A stretch of 64,000 nucleotides of DNA, taken from positions 119,164,001 to 119,228,000 of the forward strand of contig OZ024742.1 of assembly GCA_964016885.1 (NCBI GenBank), written 5' to 3'. The stretch's first letter is position 1; the number at the start of each line of letters is the position of its first letter. Positions 41,116 through 54,528 of the stretch are shown here, piece after piece. Both the position numbers and the translations under genes were made by a program. The notes below the pieces were generated by a model. It saw only the letters and a list, made by a program, of their open reading frames with translations, searched no databases and was not told where the DNA came from. The DNA is from Eledone cirrhosa. Taxonomy: Eukaryota.

Positions 41116-43477
41116 ATAAGATTATAACAAGTATTCTGAAAGTCCTTTAAATCACTAAATGAAGTCAGACCTTCAGGTAGTGAATGATTTGGTAGTAGAG
41201 TATTACTGTTATAAAAATATTTTATGGTGGAGATGGCTGAATTCATAAAACGTCAGCCTGGATGTATTATCATAACTTGTTAATTCAAAATCTCATTGAA
41301 TAGAGTTTACTACTTCAAGTATGGTAGCATTAATTTTACTATCAAGTTTTCAGGTAGTTGTTCTTGAATATGATTCTCTAGTGATTTCTGAAAGTTATGA
41401 CGTTCTTATGTGTTTATTAAGAAGTTATTTATATACTCCTATAGTAATCTAATGTCTACAGAAATGGCTACACTGTGCGTCACTGAGGAGGACTAATAAG
41501 ACCAAAACATACCTGGAGTTGTCACCGTACTGCCCTCTCCGTAGTATATTCTATATTTAATTACTTTTAACTAATTGAAATTTCTGGGTTATCTCTCTAA
41601 TTTCCTTTTCTTTTATTGGCTATTAAGATAATAATCGTTCTTACTAAAGATGTCATTTTAAATACTTAACATGACTGGCTTACTACATAAAATGTGCTAA
41701 TTCTAACTTTACTATACGGCAGAGGATCGACTTTGCCTTTCATTCTGATCGTTTCACTAAATCCACAAAAAAAAACTTAATAAAAATATTAATTGTTTTT
41801 TATTCAATGCAAATAATCCTTACTGGCATAAGTGAGATGAAATGGCTTCTTATGGAAATTCAAATCACTTGCCAAAAATTTACTTCTTTCACTACAGCAA
41901 TGAACATTATAATGAAAAATAGTAATAGATTTATGAAACCTTTCTATTTCAGAGATGACACTCGAAAAGCAGATCAATTCGATTAATCATAGCCTTCTTG
42001 TTTTAAACCATGAGTAGAAGGACCGAGTATTGTGTATCTACAGGTCAACTTTATTCAGCCGACACACACACATGCTGCAATCCAAATATATGAAACTTGA
42101 TTATCATGAGGGATTTCATGAACTATTATATTGGTGGCGGTATAAACGAATAAAAGTAGTTTCATTTCATTAGATACGATGCATTTATTATAAAGCATTA
42201 GGAGAAGGTTTCAATCGAATCACGAGAGAATTGTCTAGAAGGAAAGGTCAAATAATCAGGTTTATATTAAGTAATGAATTAATTCTATAAATTGTTATGT
42301 GCTTATCCATTAAGCAAAACAATTACAAACAGATTAATTTAACACCATCGGTCAGAAAAAAGATAATGAAAAAACTTAGTAAAGAGGATACAATGTCTAT
42401 CGCATGGTCGTAATTGATGAAGGCGCAGAGATTTAGATGAAATACGACATACTATAAAGGTGATCGCTTAGTATTTGGAAATTTTGTGTATATTGCATTC
42501 ACATAAATATTAGTTCATCTTCCATGTGTATATATTGGAGCAATTTAAAGAAATATTTGTTGCTGGAAATAACCCATAACTCAAGAAAAGATTGCGACAT
42601 AGTGTTAATTTCTTTGTTATTAAAAACAGAGTGGATATCAAAGCAACGGAGAAGAACTAGAGAGCGCTCAAAAGTAAAACGGCGTGACAATCTGATCCGG
42701 TACCTCGGCCCCACATGGCCCATTATGGCGGGATAGGAAGTGGTGGAGGTCAACCAGGGAGGGAATCCTCTAGCAATAGTGAGAATGTTCTGGATTTGGA
42801 ATAAGAAATAAGTAATTTAAAACATTGATTTAATTCCTAAAATAAGCAAGATCCGTTGTTTTAAGTTTGGCCTGAAATTATTACAGCCTTACAGGGTACG
42901 TTGCTATTTTCCTTTTTAGTCTGAACTACTTTCTCGTTAATAGTCTGATGATGATTAGTCTTCCGTCAGTTTCGACAATGAGCATTCAGTTGTTCCATCA
43001 GTTGAACTACCTACTTGCTAAATTTAGGTGTAAATGGCAGAGTGTTTTACAGACACAAGTACCTTCAATATAATTCTTAGACCGAATTGTTGTTTTGTTA
43101 TCACATTTATTACAGGTATCTTCTAGGTGTTCTATTAATGCGATAGCAACCATGTATAAGCAGTTATATCCAGTTATATCCAGCGATACCATGAATAACT
43201 TTTAACAGGAAAGCGGTTAGCTTCTTCCCGACTCTCATGAAAAACAGCCTGTCATTCAACGACAGCCTACAGAAACTGTAAAAAATATTTTCAAATTGTA
43301 GTCTTGAAATATTTTGAAATTGTATATATTTTGATAAATTTAGATAATTATTATTCTCATCACCATCGGTGCAATTTTGATAAATAAAAATATGCGAACA
43401 AGCACATTATTAAAATGTATATAGTCTACCTGACAAGTCTCAAAATCTATCATATTCACTTTCGTTTATCTATTACC

Positions 43478-43580
43478 TGCCGAGGTTAACTTTGCCTTTT
43501 GTCTTTACAGGGTTGATAAAATAAAGTACCAGTAATGCACTGGGATAATTGCTGGCCTTGTACCAAATGTAGAAATAATT
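43478..43580 (+). mobile_element. Family A SINE 3' part
   Basis: Core and tail. Confidence 0.82.
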
Positions 43581-43832
43581 ATCTATTATGAAATATTTTG
43601 AAGTTTCACAGTAATTCTGGGACCATCTACGGACACAATTCCACTACATCTCATGAAACTGCGTCAGTGATCAGGTCGTAGAAGTACGTCAAAATCTGTC
43701 TGGTGCTGTAGTAGACAATTTTATTGAGAAATAAACGAAAGTAAAGGAAATATTTTTCATGTGAATTTAAATGGCTGAAACCAATCTTCCATGATGTAAA
43801 TGCTACACATACTCAAGCAAACACACACCCAT

Positions 43833-43942
<110 letters not shown>

Positions 43943-44318
43943 TTGATTAACATATAAATAAACATATGAAACAATCACAGGGGATAATTTTTACAAGTGT
44001 ATAAGCACACATAGCTAGGTAGGTAACTAAATAAAGTTAACTAGAACTTCAAAAATAGATACCTATTCATTAGAATCTTGGAGCTTATTTTACGAGTGAT
44101 ATGGCGCATGCCTTTCTGGCATGACACCCATAATTTTGATTTAGATTAAATTCATTTTGATTTATCTTAATTTTGGATATATATATATATATATATATAT
44201 TAAAATATATATTTATTAAAATATCAGATTAAAGTTTAAGCAAAGAATCGGTGCTTTCACCCTTAACGGGATCTTTATCGAGCCCTCTTTGGATTTTAGT
44301 CTTCAAATTTATTATTAT

Positions 44319-44379
<61 letters not shown>

Positions 44380-44413
44380 TATTTATTAAAATAAATTAAA
44401 GTCTAGTCTTCAC

Positions 44414-44450
<37 letters not shown>

Positions 44451-44922
44451 ATATATATATATGTATATAATTTAAGTCCAAATCGCACTTTGTGGGGGAT
44501 ACAGTCAAATTGGCTAAATGAAGCCAATTCTAACCTACATATGGCCCCAAACATGGTTTCAAAAACTCAAAGAAACAGCATTTGGAATTTCAAAACAGGA
44601 ATAACCAATGCTGGAAAAACTGAAGTTTTACCGCCAGGAGGCGAATTCTTCATAATAATTGTTTCTAATGGGACAAGTAGAAAAATTATGATACATACCG
44701 AATCACTGCTAGATCATATATGTGAACAAAGTGTTGTATTGAATTCTCGTATAAATATCTCCCCAAAGGGTCTATATGAATGTATATCATATAATCATAC
44801 CATGTAAAAACCCCATGGTACAGCAGCATTACACAACTTTAATACTGTATGAAAATTAATTATCTACCCGGTGTATTAGGACAATACGACGGGCTTATAT
44901 TGAAATAGCAGCTAATATATAT

Positions 44923-45015
<93 letters not shown>

Positions 45016-45113
45016 GAGGTAGACCACTGTAAGGTAATATCCGTAGTGGTAGAACACTCAGTCCATGGGACGAGTTAGGTAGAGGTGGTTACACAACAGT
45101 TAGTTCACCATAC

Positions 45114-45151
45114 CGAGAACAATTGTTTCACCATAGCGGATCCTCAGCTCG
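45114..45151 (-). ncRNA. Minimal type I hammerhead
   Basis: CGAG-CTGAGGA-TCC gctat GGT-GAAAC-AATT-GTT-CTCG; about 100 nt upstream of (TA)n(TG)n on the minus strand. Confidence 0.8.
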
Positions 45152-45353
45152 TAATGGTCATGGCTATACGGAATAGGAAGAACAACCGTATGAACGCGCA
45201 TGCGCAGAAACGGTCACTTCACCCAGGCAATACAAAACTACGGGCGAAAGGTGTAAGGGAGATAACTGCGAAAGTCCGAAAGGTTCTAGTTGATAAGAAA
45301 ATTAGGATGTTGTTGTTATTCAATCCGGAGCTTTGTATATATATATATATATA

Positions 45354-46288
45354 CAGTGGCGGATTGGCCAGGTTGCCCAATGGCAAGTGGGCCCCAGGGG
45401 GCCCACGGTAGCATTGAAAGAGCTCACAGTAGCATTGCAGAGCCCACTGTAGTATTTTAGGGGCCAATGATTTGCTTTCAAAGCAAATCTAACAGAAAGA
45501 ATAACATAAAAAATAAATAAATAAAAGAATTAAGCAAAGCATTTGGTCAACCAAGGAGGTGTAGAAATGAGGTGGAACAGAAATGAAACATGGATTGCAG
45601 GTTAAAATGTAGTCTAGCTAGATGAGAAACAAAATGAGGATGTAGTTTATGGAAGACCCAAATGATTTAGAAGTCGACCTTAAGTAGGAGCAATAACATT
45701 AAGAAAGACATGAACGATACCACATCATTTTGTTTTGAAAATTTTGAAAGTAGGTTTAAAGTATGAATTTTCATAAGATTTACGTAGTTGTCTCTGTGGC
45801 CTAGTGGTAGGTACTAGAGATCCTGTCCTTGGGTTCAATCCTGGTCAAGAGGTGCATGTAACCTTTTTCAGTTTTTATTTTACAACCCATAGAAAAAAAC
45901 TGAAAAGCTTACTGGGAACCCGACAGGGATTGAACTTCGGACCAGGATCACCACCATCTATGATTCCTCCAAGTAGGCCAACGAGCCAGCTACAAAAGTA
46001 TAATGAAAATTGATAATTATAAACCTACTTTGAAAATCAAAGTTAAAAAGATGTGGTTAGAGCTATTAGTAATATTTAGGGTCGACTTGATTTCGCAAAA
46101 TACATATTTTTTATTGGAGAAGGCAACATATTTTTCCGCAAAAATTTGATTGCACTGTTTTGTTTTCACTTAAGTATTTTTCGAAAATGTTATTTATTCA
46201 TTATAAAAATGAAATGATAGCATTCTATATGCAGGTGGGCCCCATTCATCTCCTGGCAACCAATATTTTTAGACCCAGTCCGCCACTG
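45354..46288. mobile_element. Non-autonomous DNA transposon (hAT-like MITE) in (TA)n
   Basis: 14-bp TIRs CAGTGGCGGATTGG / CCAGTCCGCCACTG (1 mismatch), subterminal GGGCCC motifs, TATATATA on both sides. Confidence 0.85.
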
Positions 46289-46299
46289 TATATATATAT

Positions 46300-46853
46300 A
46301 TAAGGAAAAGAAAATCGAAAATGCAACTGGAGTCTTTTTAAGAATATGTTACAAAGTTCTTATTGTGTTTGCCTTTAAAAATGTGGCTCAAATTGTTTTT
46401 TTTTATTTTTTATATATAAGTGAAATTTGATTGGTTGATAACTGTTACGGGAATAAGTACATAAAATTTCGCGCCAGTTCGTATTTTGTTTTTTTTTAAG
46501 GCAAACACAATAAGAACTTTGTAACGCAAACTGGCGCGAAATGTATTATACTTATTCACGTGACAGTCAGTAATCAACCAACCAAATTATTTTTGAAAAA
46601 AACCCCTCGCAATTCGAGCCACTTGTTTCCACATAAAACAGAAGTAACATTCGAACACCAACCAGATGTGAGAAAAACCACAAACCCTCCATCTCAATTC
46701 TACTTTTGAAAAGCATAAGAATTGTGAAAACAGTAAAGGAAACAAATACATATTCTTAAAAAGACTCCAATTGCATTTTTGATTTCTTTTTCTTATACTT
46801 TCACACGTGTAGGGCATCTCGTTTTTTTTCATAAAAAAAAACTAATTTTCTTT
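46300..46853. mobile_element. Multiply inverted insert, same family as 52208-52570
   Basis: Inverted pairs 46300-46349/46748-46797, 46348-46376/46496-46525, 46425-46480/46529-46586. Confidence 0.82.
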
Positions 46854-46886
46854 TATATATATGTATGAGATTGTGTGTATATATAT

Positions 46887-47070
46887 AATTGTTTCTACGT
46901 TTTGGCACAAGGCCAGCAATTACTCAGTACATTACTGGTACTTTATTTTATCGACCCCGTAAGAATGAAAGGCAAAGTTAACCTCAGCGGGATTTGAACT
47001 CAGAATGGCAAGGGCCGTAACTTCTATGCGTCAAAGCATGGCGTCCGACCCTCTACCGATACTGCCAATT
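46887..47070 (-). mobile_element. Family A SINE, near full length
   Basis: Head, B-box, core, tail. Confidence 0.88.
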
Positions 47071-47414
47071 CACCAATGAAATAGAGATACATTTTAGCGA
47101 CTAGTTTAAAAATGTAATTACATTAAGTGAAACAAAACGTTTTTACTGGTAAACAATAGGGTAATTCAGATAGTAGAAATAATAAATATGCTGTGACTTA
47201 AAGTATCAATGCTACTTGCATTAAATATATAACAGTAATTTGTCCAGTTTGTTTTTAATGCATTAATGAATTACTTAATCTCTAAATAATGCTATTTTCA
47301 ATGTTATAAATGTATATGATATTTGATATTTCCTTAGGGAGTTTTTCGTCACTATTCCAGAAACGTTATGCTTCGGTGAATAAGACCGAAAAATTGTTAG
47401 CCATAAAATTCACT

Positions 47415-47544
47415 CTTCTTCTTCTTCTTCTTCTTCTTCTTCTTCTTCTTCTTCTTCTTCTTCTTCTTCTTCTTCTTCTTCTTCTTCTTCTTCTTCTTCT
47501 TCTTCTTCTTCTTCTTCTTCTTCTTCTTCTTCTTCTTCTTCTTC

Positions 47545-47588
<44 letters not shown>

Positions 47589-47710
47589 TATCATCATCAT
47601 CATCATTTCCGCTCCCTTATTCCTGAGAGGGTCGTGGGGGAAGAGTCCTCAAACACACCTTCCAGCCGGCCGTGTCAGAAGCAACCGCCTCCAACCGACC
47701 CGGCTGGATC
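47415..47710 (-). mobile_element. RTE 3' end with expanded (ATG)n(AAG)n tail
   Basis: 47607-47700 (minus) aligns with 49330-49410 (plus); (CTT)n 47415-47546 and (CAT)n 47547-47606. Confidence 0.7.
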
Positions 47711-48106
47711 CCCAAGCGTGACCAGCCAAGCTCATGGATGTCAGAACAACCCACACCCTACTGAAATCTGCTAGATAAGTATCCCTCCTCTTCTAAAATA
47801 TCCGAGGTGCTAGGAGTAACACGAATTCTTGTTGTCAATATCGTGGATTACTGGAGAGACAGTCCTGTTAAAGTACTTGAGGTCTGGTTTCTGTGAAAGT
47901 ACTTGAGGTTCAGTTCCTGTTAAAGTACTTGAGGTCTTCGACAAGGCTGCGAGCAGGATAGAAATATTCTTCTTCTTCGTCCACTTATTCCAGTAGGTCC
48001 TGTCTGAAGTAACCGTCTCCAACGTTAATACTAACTTCGGTAGATTGGCAGTATCAGTAGAGGGTCGATTAGTAAATGCTGAAGCGTGTCATCCTGCCAT
48101 AGTTAA

Positions 48107-48248
48107 TGCCAGCAATTAACCAGTGCATTACTGGTACTTTATTGTATCGACCCCGTAAGGATGAAAGGCAAAGTTAACCTCGGCGGGATTTGGACTCAGA
48201 TCATTATGCTGCAACGCATGGCGTCCAACCCTCTACCGATACTGCCAA
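48107..48248 (-). mobile_element. Family A SINE with inverted head copy at about 48040-48068
   Basis: Core on minus strand; TTGGCAGTATC.GTAGAGGGT present in both orientations. Confidence 0.8.
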
Positions 48249-48759
48249 ATACATATATATTACATTCAGGAAGGCCCCCAAAAGCATAAATATATAAAAA
48301 GAGCCTTGAAGATCAGAAACTTAGACTTGCAAAAATTTACAAGTGTCAAGCAGAAAAATCCGGTATTTCAGAATCCTAATCGTTATTAAATTATACTAGC
48401 TCAAATGTTATTGAAACTATATTTTCCACTCCCCTCAATCGTGTTTCACTGCCTATGCAGCAGATATTGTGTACATTGTTGTTACTTGATATTAAATTAA
48501 TTAAATTACTCTACTGTTGCCGTAAAAAGATGATTATTTCAATTCATGATTTTTAGATTCAGTTTAAAGCTTATATTTATTAAATTTTCTTGTTGGGATT
48601 GCTAATATACAACAAAAATCGTAAAGTTTATTAAACGTGAATAGAGTTTCAAAAATCACTAAGCAAATATCCACCAATGATTTTTTTTTATTTTAAAAGA
48701 TTATAAATCATTTGTTTGAAAGGTATGTCTTCCGTAGATAATCAGTGTAGCAAAGACTG

Positions 48760-49430
48760 AGACATTCATTCTCCCGAGAAAATCTGCACAGTTCACTCTA
48801 CATATGAGTTGAGTTACACTGAAACAGGTGGAGAAGTTCAAGTAACTCGGGGCCGTTTTCACGAATGATGAATGAGGAATATAGGAGGCAGACTAAAATA
48901 GAAAGAATTGCTGCAGCTGGTACACTCGGTTATTAGAAGAAGGGAAGTAGGTGTAAAAGCCAAACTTGCTATCTTCAATTCAGTGTTCGTGCCTCTCTCA
49001 CCTATGCACATGAATGGTAATAACCGAAAGAATACGATCGCCAATACAAGCGGCCGAAATGGAAATCCCCCCAAAGCCTTCGGAATAACTTATTTGGTGG
49101 GGTCCATGGCTCGGAGACCAGGGAGTTGCTCTTAGTAGAGCCGCTACTTCTCCGCATCGTGAGCTCACAAGTCTGTTACTACGGACATGAGGTGAAAATG
49201 TCTATGGAAAGTATCGCTGGATAGGCAAACCCGACCGACAGGAGACCTAGGGGTAGACCACGACGAAAATGGTTGGATAACATCTATAAGCTCGGTTGTT
49301 CTCGCTTAGGAATCCAGCCGGATCATTTGGAGACGGTTGCTTCTGATAAGACATCTGGAAGCTGTGTTTGAGGACTCTTCCTTGAACGACACTACCAGAA
49401 ATAAGTGGGCAAAAAAGAAGAAAAAGAATA
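48760..49430 (+). pseudogene. Decayed RTE 3' fragment
   Basis: LKQVEKFK.LG, AKLAIFNSVFVP, RRPRGRPRRKWLD-like motifs. Confidence 0.75.
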
Positions 49431-49918
49431 GAAGAACAATTAATTTACATTTTTAGACTTAATTTAAGATTGAAAGAATGATACAAAGTATTTTTTGATG
49501 TGTTTGGATACGAAAATGTATTGAAAAACATAATGGTGTTTTAAGGTGTCATTTCTAAACAATAAATCTATCAAAAATGCATTTAAGCGTTTCTGAAAAT
49601 TTTACACTCTTAAATTAAATCATACGCATGTACAAAATATATATTTCAAGCAAATAACAATGTATCATTTCCCAACAATAAATTTAACCTTAATGCATTT
49701 TTAATATTTTTACTGTACATTACTACACAATATATCTATCATCTCTCGCCTCTTACTCCACCGGACAACGTTTGGCTTATGTCAAGCGCTGTGACCCAGG
49801 GTGGACCAGCACTACCGTTAGTAGGGGTCGAAACTGCCAAAGTCCATCTCAAAGACCGATGACCCTGGAGTTCTGTGCTCTTTGTTTGTATGTTTATTAA
49901 AAAAATAAATTTCAAGGT

Positions 49919-50004
<86 letters not shown>

Positions 50005-50052
50005 CGAAATTGACATATAATATTACAAAGAACGTGATATATATATAAATGA

Positions 50053-50093
50053 CTTCTACTAGAACTGGTTCATTCGTATGAAATCATCAGGAA
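50053..50093 (-). ncRNA. Decayed hammerhead, family of 30300/35790
   Basis: TTC-CTGATGA-TTTC atac GAAT-GAAC..TA-GAAG between (TA)n tracts. Confidence 0.6.
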
Positions 50094-50110
50094 TGTCAGT
50101 ATATATATAA

Positions 50111-50159
<49 letters not shown>

Positions 50160-51829
50160 TAAGTATGTATGTATGTATGTATGTATACGTACAACTATAT
50201 ATGTATACAGACGTACAGTAGTATGTATATATATGTATACAGACGTACAGTAGTATGTATATATATACATACATGCACACATATTATATATGCACGTATC
50301 GGTCTACCGAACATTTATTATAATGCTCGGTTTGTTTGTTTGGTTGCCGGTCAAGCAGAAATTGAAAATTAGAATTGTTGCTCTGAAATAGCTATATATA
50401 TATGAATGTATATACAGTGTATTTTGCAATACACTGTATGCTCAATTAAAAGCATTTCGAAGACCTTATGCTATTATTTTAGAGTAGTGACAGACTCACT
50501 TACTTTAATTTCAGCAAACAGGGGGAGATAAAGCTGACAAGGCCTTGTTTCGCATTTATTGATGTTTATCAAAGCCAACTACTCCTCCTGTTTGCTGAAA
50601 TCATGAATGTTTGGTTCTTATAGAATTCTAGTAATAATCAGGCAGAAATTCCCGACAGATGGAATGGCTCTTCCAGCGCATCTCCCCCATCCTCCTCCGG
50701 GGAAACGCCTTCTCGGCCAGCACGTGGGATCCCATTTGCTCACAATACAGAGAGTACGGCTCTTCCGTGTTTGGACACATTGCATCTGTCATGTGGATCA
50801 TGTGATAATTTCATTATTCTGTCCCCCACCCCCCTGTACTATCAACTTATAATCTCTCTCACTAGAATAAAAGTTATTCCATTCGTTAACACGTTTTATT
50901 GTATAGTAGGCAATATGTTGTCCAATATATTCTTTATTTAAGAAGGTAGGGTGTTATTTAAAGGAAATTTACAGTGGTTGCGTAGAAGCTTCCTGGTCTC
51001 AAATATTGTCCAGCAGCAACAGAGAAGACTACATTTTCATCAGAAAATGTAGTCTTCTTCTTTGTTTCTCTCTTTTATATTTTTTAAAGTTCTTCAGTGC
51101 GGTGCTTAGTGTAACTCCAAAGAGATGGCTAGTATAAGAAACGATGTGAGGTATAGTATAAGTTACTGGTATAGGTGATGAGATAAAGAGATGGCAATGT
51201 CTTAGTTACATAATAGATATATTTACACAACTCCAATATAATAAGGATTATGGATTATTTAAATCATTTTAATTCAATAAAATAACATCTGAATAGTATT
51301 ACAGAAAAACGAGGGCGTGGACCGAACCACAGAGGCAGAATTGCTAATACTATTTATTGGTTGCAACTCCTGACAAGAAGCAACGTGAAATAAAGTATTT
51401 TGCTGAAAAACACAGCGTGCTGCCCGGTTCACCGGTTCAAGAAACGAACCCACGTAATTATGATCGTTAGTTCAACACATTAACCATTAAAAACTATAAT
51501 TTTATTCTAAATACACTTAACTCAATTTTCATATGTCTTAATTGAAAAATGGACATAATTTCATTGTAAATATTTTCATTGTAAACGAAAGATGGTACAT
51601 TGGTACTTCACGTAAAGTATAATCAAGATGATTGAAATGTTTTACAGTATTTTGAAATGAAATACTTGGTAGATGCTTGATAATATAATTATTAATATAT
51701 TTCTTTATTTCGACCTTACGACTTTCCTATCTTAGGAATTTCTGTACTAACTGATGATTGTTGATAAATATGGATAATCAAGGTCTAAGTTGTGATTAAG
51801 AAGTTTGTTACGAAACCATAAGGTTTGGA

Positions 51830-52019
51830 TTCGCGACTTGGCGGTATATAGAAGTGCCTGGAGGCGGGGTTTCCCAAGGATCACCTGGCGACGAACAATC
51901 AGGAAGGACCTGATGGTGGTCAACGTCACCTGGCAAGGTCTCGGAAAAGTTGCCGCTGATCGTGACCGTTGGCGAGTACTTACTGCTCGATGCGCCGAAC
52001 GGCGCGGAAGAATCTAAGA

Positions 52020-52021
<2 letters not shown>
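51830..52021 (+). pseudogene. RTE C-terminal fragment
   Basis: RRGFPRITWRRTIRKDL..W..AADRDRWR. Confidence 0.75.
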
Positions 52022-52102
<81 letters not shown>

Positions 52103-52207
52103 ATATACCCTATTGAGAGCTTAGCTGCACACCGGGACTGCATTCGTTAGCTTGGCTGCAACCAGAGCTTCGTTGATGCTGTACTAAATTTTGTATATAT
52201 ATATATA

Positions 52208-52564
52208 TATAAAGAAAAAAAGATGAAATCGAAAATGCAACTGGAGTCTTATTTTAAAAAATATATATATATTTATTTGGTTCCTTTACCGGTTTCGCAG
52301 TTCTTCTGCTTTTCAAAAGTAGAGTTGAGATGGAGGGTCTGTGATTTTTCTCACATCTGATGTGAGAAAAACCACAGACCCTTCATCTCAACTCTACTTT
52401 TGAAAAGTAGAAGAACTGCGAAACCGGTAAAGGAACCAAATAAATATATATATATTTTTTAAAATAAGACTCCAGTTGCATTTTCGATTTCATCTTTTTT
52501 TCTTTATACTTTCACTCGTGTAGGACACCTCGGTTATTTTTCATTTTGTAAAAAAAAACCTCAC

Positions 52565-52570
<6 letters not shown>
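52208..52570. mobile_element. Asymmetric palindrome in (TA)n: 150-bp arms, 1-nt spacer, about 3 mismatches
   Basis: Centre T52358; contains GC-GAAAC-CG-GTA (hammerhead 3' half with palindromic stem III); plus arm extends to 52570. Confidence 0.92.
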
Positions 52571-52613
<43 letters not shown>

Positions 52614-52674
52614 TATATTATTCAAAATATTAATAAATGAAGACGTTCACATAATCAAAATATATGTTTTATTA

Positions 52675-52722
52675 TATATATTTACTGTGCTGTTTTTTCA
52701 GTACGTCCTCATCAGATAAAAT
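52675..52722 (-). ncRNA. Possible degenerate hammerhead at the 3' end of the split PLE
   Basis: CTGATGA-GG acgta CT-GAAA; stems I and III weak; about 70 nt from (TA)n. Confidence 0.4.
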
Positions 52723-52925
52723 ACATAAATTGATGTACGACATACCTCAACTGTCTTGATGGTTTAATTTCAGTCTTGGCAGTGATTTATTACAACAAAA
52801 CTCTATGTTTATATGCCACATGAAGGAATAACATGACAAACTAAATATGATGAAGAGAGGGAAATAAATAAACACATAAGTACATAAATGTTAAAATATT
52901 TAAATATTCATGTCAGAGAAGAAAC

Positions 52926-53004
<79 letters not shown>

Positions 53005-53912
53005 TGCTAAATAGAAGAGAGGAGGGAAATTAAATAAAATGAAGATAAAAAGGAGGGAGAGGGAGATAAAAGAGAGGATGGAATACATAACTGCAACAGG
53101 AAAGAAAGAAAGAAAGAAGAAAGGGACATGATGCGTGACAATTGTTTTCAAATATTAAGTCAGGTAGAAGCGACCAATTAAATAGCGTTAAAATTATTAC
53201 TATCTATTGTTATGTTTGAGCGAAATTATACTAATATAGTAAATCGAAATAAAACAATATGAAATATTTTCAATGATAATCAGAAGTATAGTTAAATTAA
53301 TAAATATATTCAATATTTTGTTACAAAATTCAAAATCAGAAACATTTAACCTACAAATAAAGTTTACAAATATAGTAAATATGTATGAGTATATTTATCA
53401 TAACTTAATCGCATATCACCATCTGTATATGCATTTTATATAATGTTTAGAATTATTAACATTATAAACATTACAAACCGTTTAAATCAATAGTTGTCAA
53501 TTACATATAGGATTAATTAATAGTTATATTTCTTGAAAGTATTATTATTTCGAATCAACCCAATCCTACTACAGTATAAATTATGTTAAATATACATTAT
53601 TAATCGATTTGGATAAAAACGAAAATTCTATACGATAAATGTAAACAAATGAGCTCCGTACAACATATCTGATCTTTTAAATTAGCTAAATGCTTTGAAA
53701 GCTAGGAGATATTTCAAATCACAAATTTAGAAAATTCCAGTTATACAAAGACGATTTTAAAACCGAACTAAAGGTATTTAGTCAATCATGAAATTAACTC
53801 ACCATATAAAAGAGCCAATATGCAATTTCATAAGGTAAGGTAAAACATTATACATAATAACAACGGTAGCATTTCAAGAATTATTAATAAAAGTCAATAT
53901 TTTTTCACTCAT

Positions 53913-54360
53913 TCAGGGTTTTTTTCTAAATTTAAATGATGCTTGAAATGATTTTCCAGATTTATGGAGGCAAGTTGCAAATAATTCATTTTTCTTATTA
54001 ATTAAATTACCATAATTAGTAATTATTAATAGAGTTTCCAAATTGCAAAGATGGCAGATTGGCGAGATGGAAGCATTCCGATATGATTCAGACTTTCTAA
54101 GAAATTGAGTATTTTATATTTTTTTCTTTTAAAGACCATATTAATTGTGATAACGAAGTAGAATATTTTTTATGTGGATTAGAGAAATAATGTTTATGAT
54201 TGGAAAAGCCAAGTCTAAAGTTCGATGAAGTTGCACCTATGTAGTTATAAGTAATATTATTATTTGTTTTAATGGTACATTTATATACTAAATTTTTATC
54301 AAGGCAATTATTTTGTAAAGGGCATTTAGATTTCCTTCTACAGTTACAGTTCGATTCAAA
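53913..54360 (-). pseudogene. GIY-YIG endonuclease domain of a Penelope-like element (Hydra-clade-like), absent from the ORF track
   Basis: Manual translation: CNCRRKSKCPLQNNCLDKNLVYKCTIKTNNNITYNYIGATSSNFRLGFSNHKHYF..STSLSQLIWSLKEK, stop and frameshift, then CHLCNLE..LINKKNELFATCLH. Confidence 0.88.
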
Positions 54361-54461
54361 GATTTCGATAACCTAAACTGTTCGTATTATCATTGTTAAT
54401 GTTTCTATGTGTTCCACTATATCTGTTTAAATGATTGTTATTGTTATTCGCATTAAATACT

Positions 54462-54527
<66 letters not shown>

Positions 54528-54528
<1 letters not shown>

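Noticed and set aside
41478-41515. Hammerhead-like CTGAGGA-GGAC..GACC-AAAAC
   Set aside because: GAAA core and stems are broken and no adjacent microsatellite; at most a relic
47860-47937. Three copies of AAAGTACTTGAGGT (similar short tandem copies at 11581-11611 and 13977-14020)
   Set aside because: Ordinary local slippage duplications
54085-54100. In-frame stops in the PLE endonuclease as possible selenocysteine recoding
   Set aside because: First stop is TAG at an expected Trp position and is followed by a frameshift, so ordinary decay
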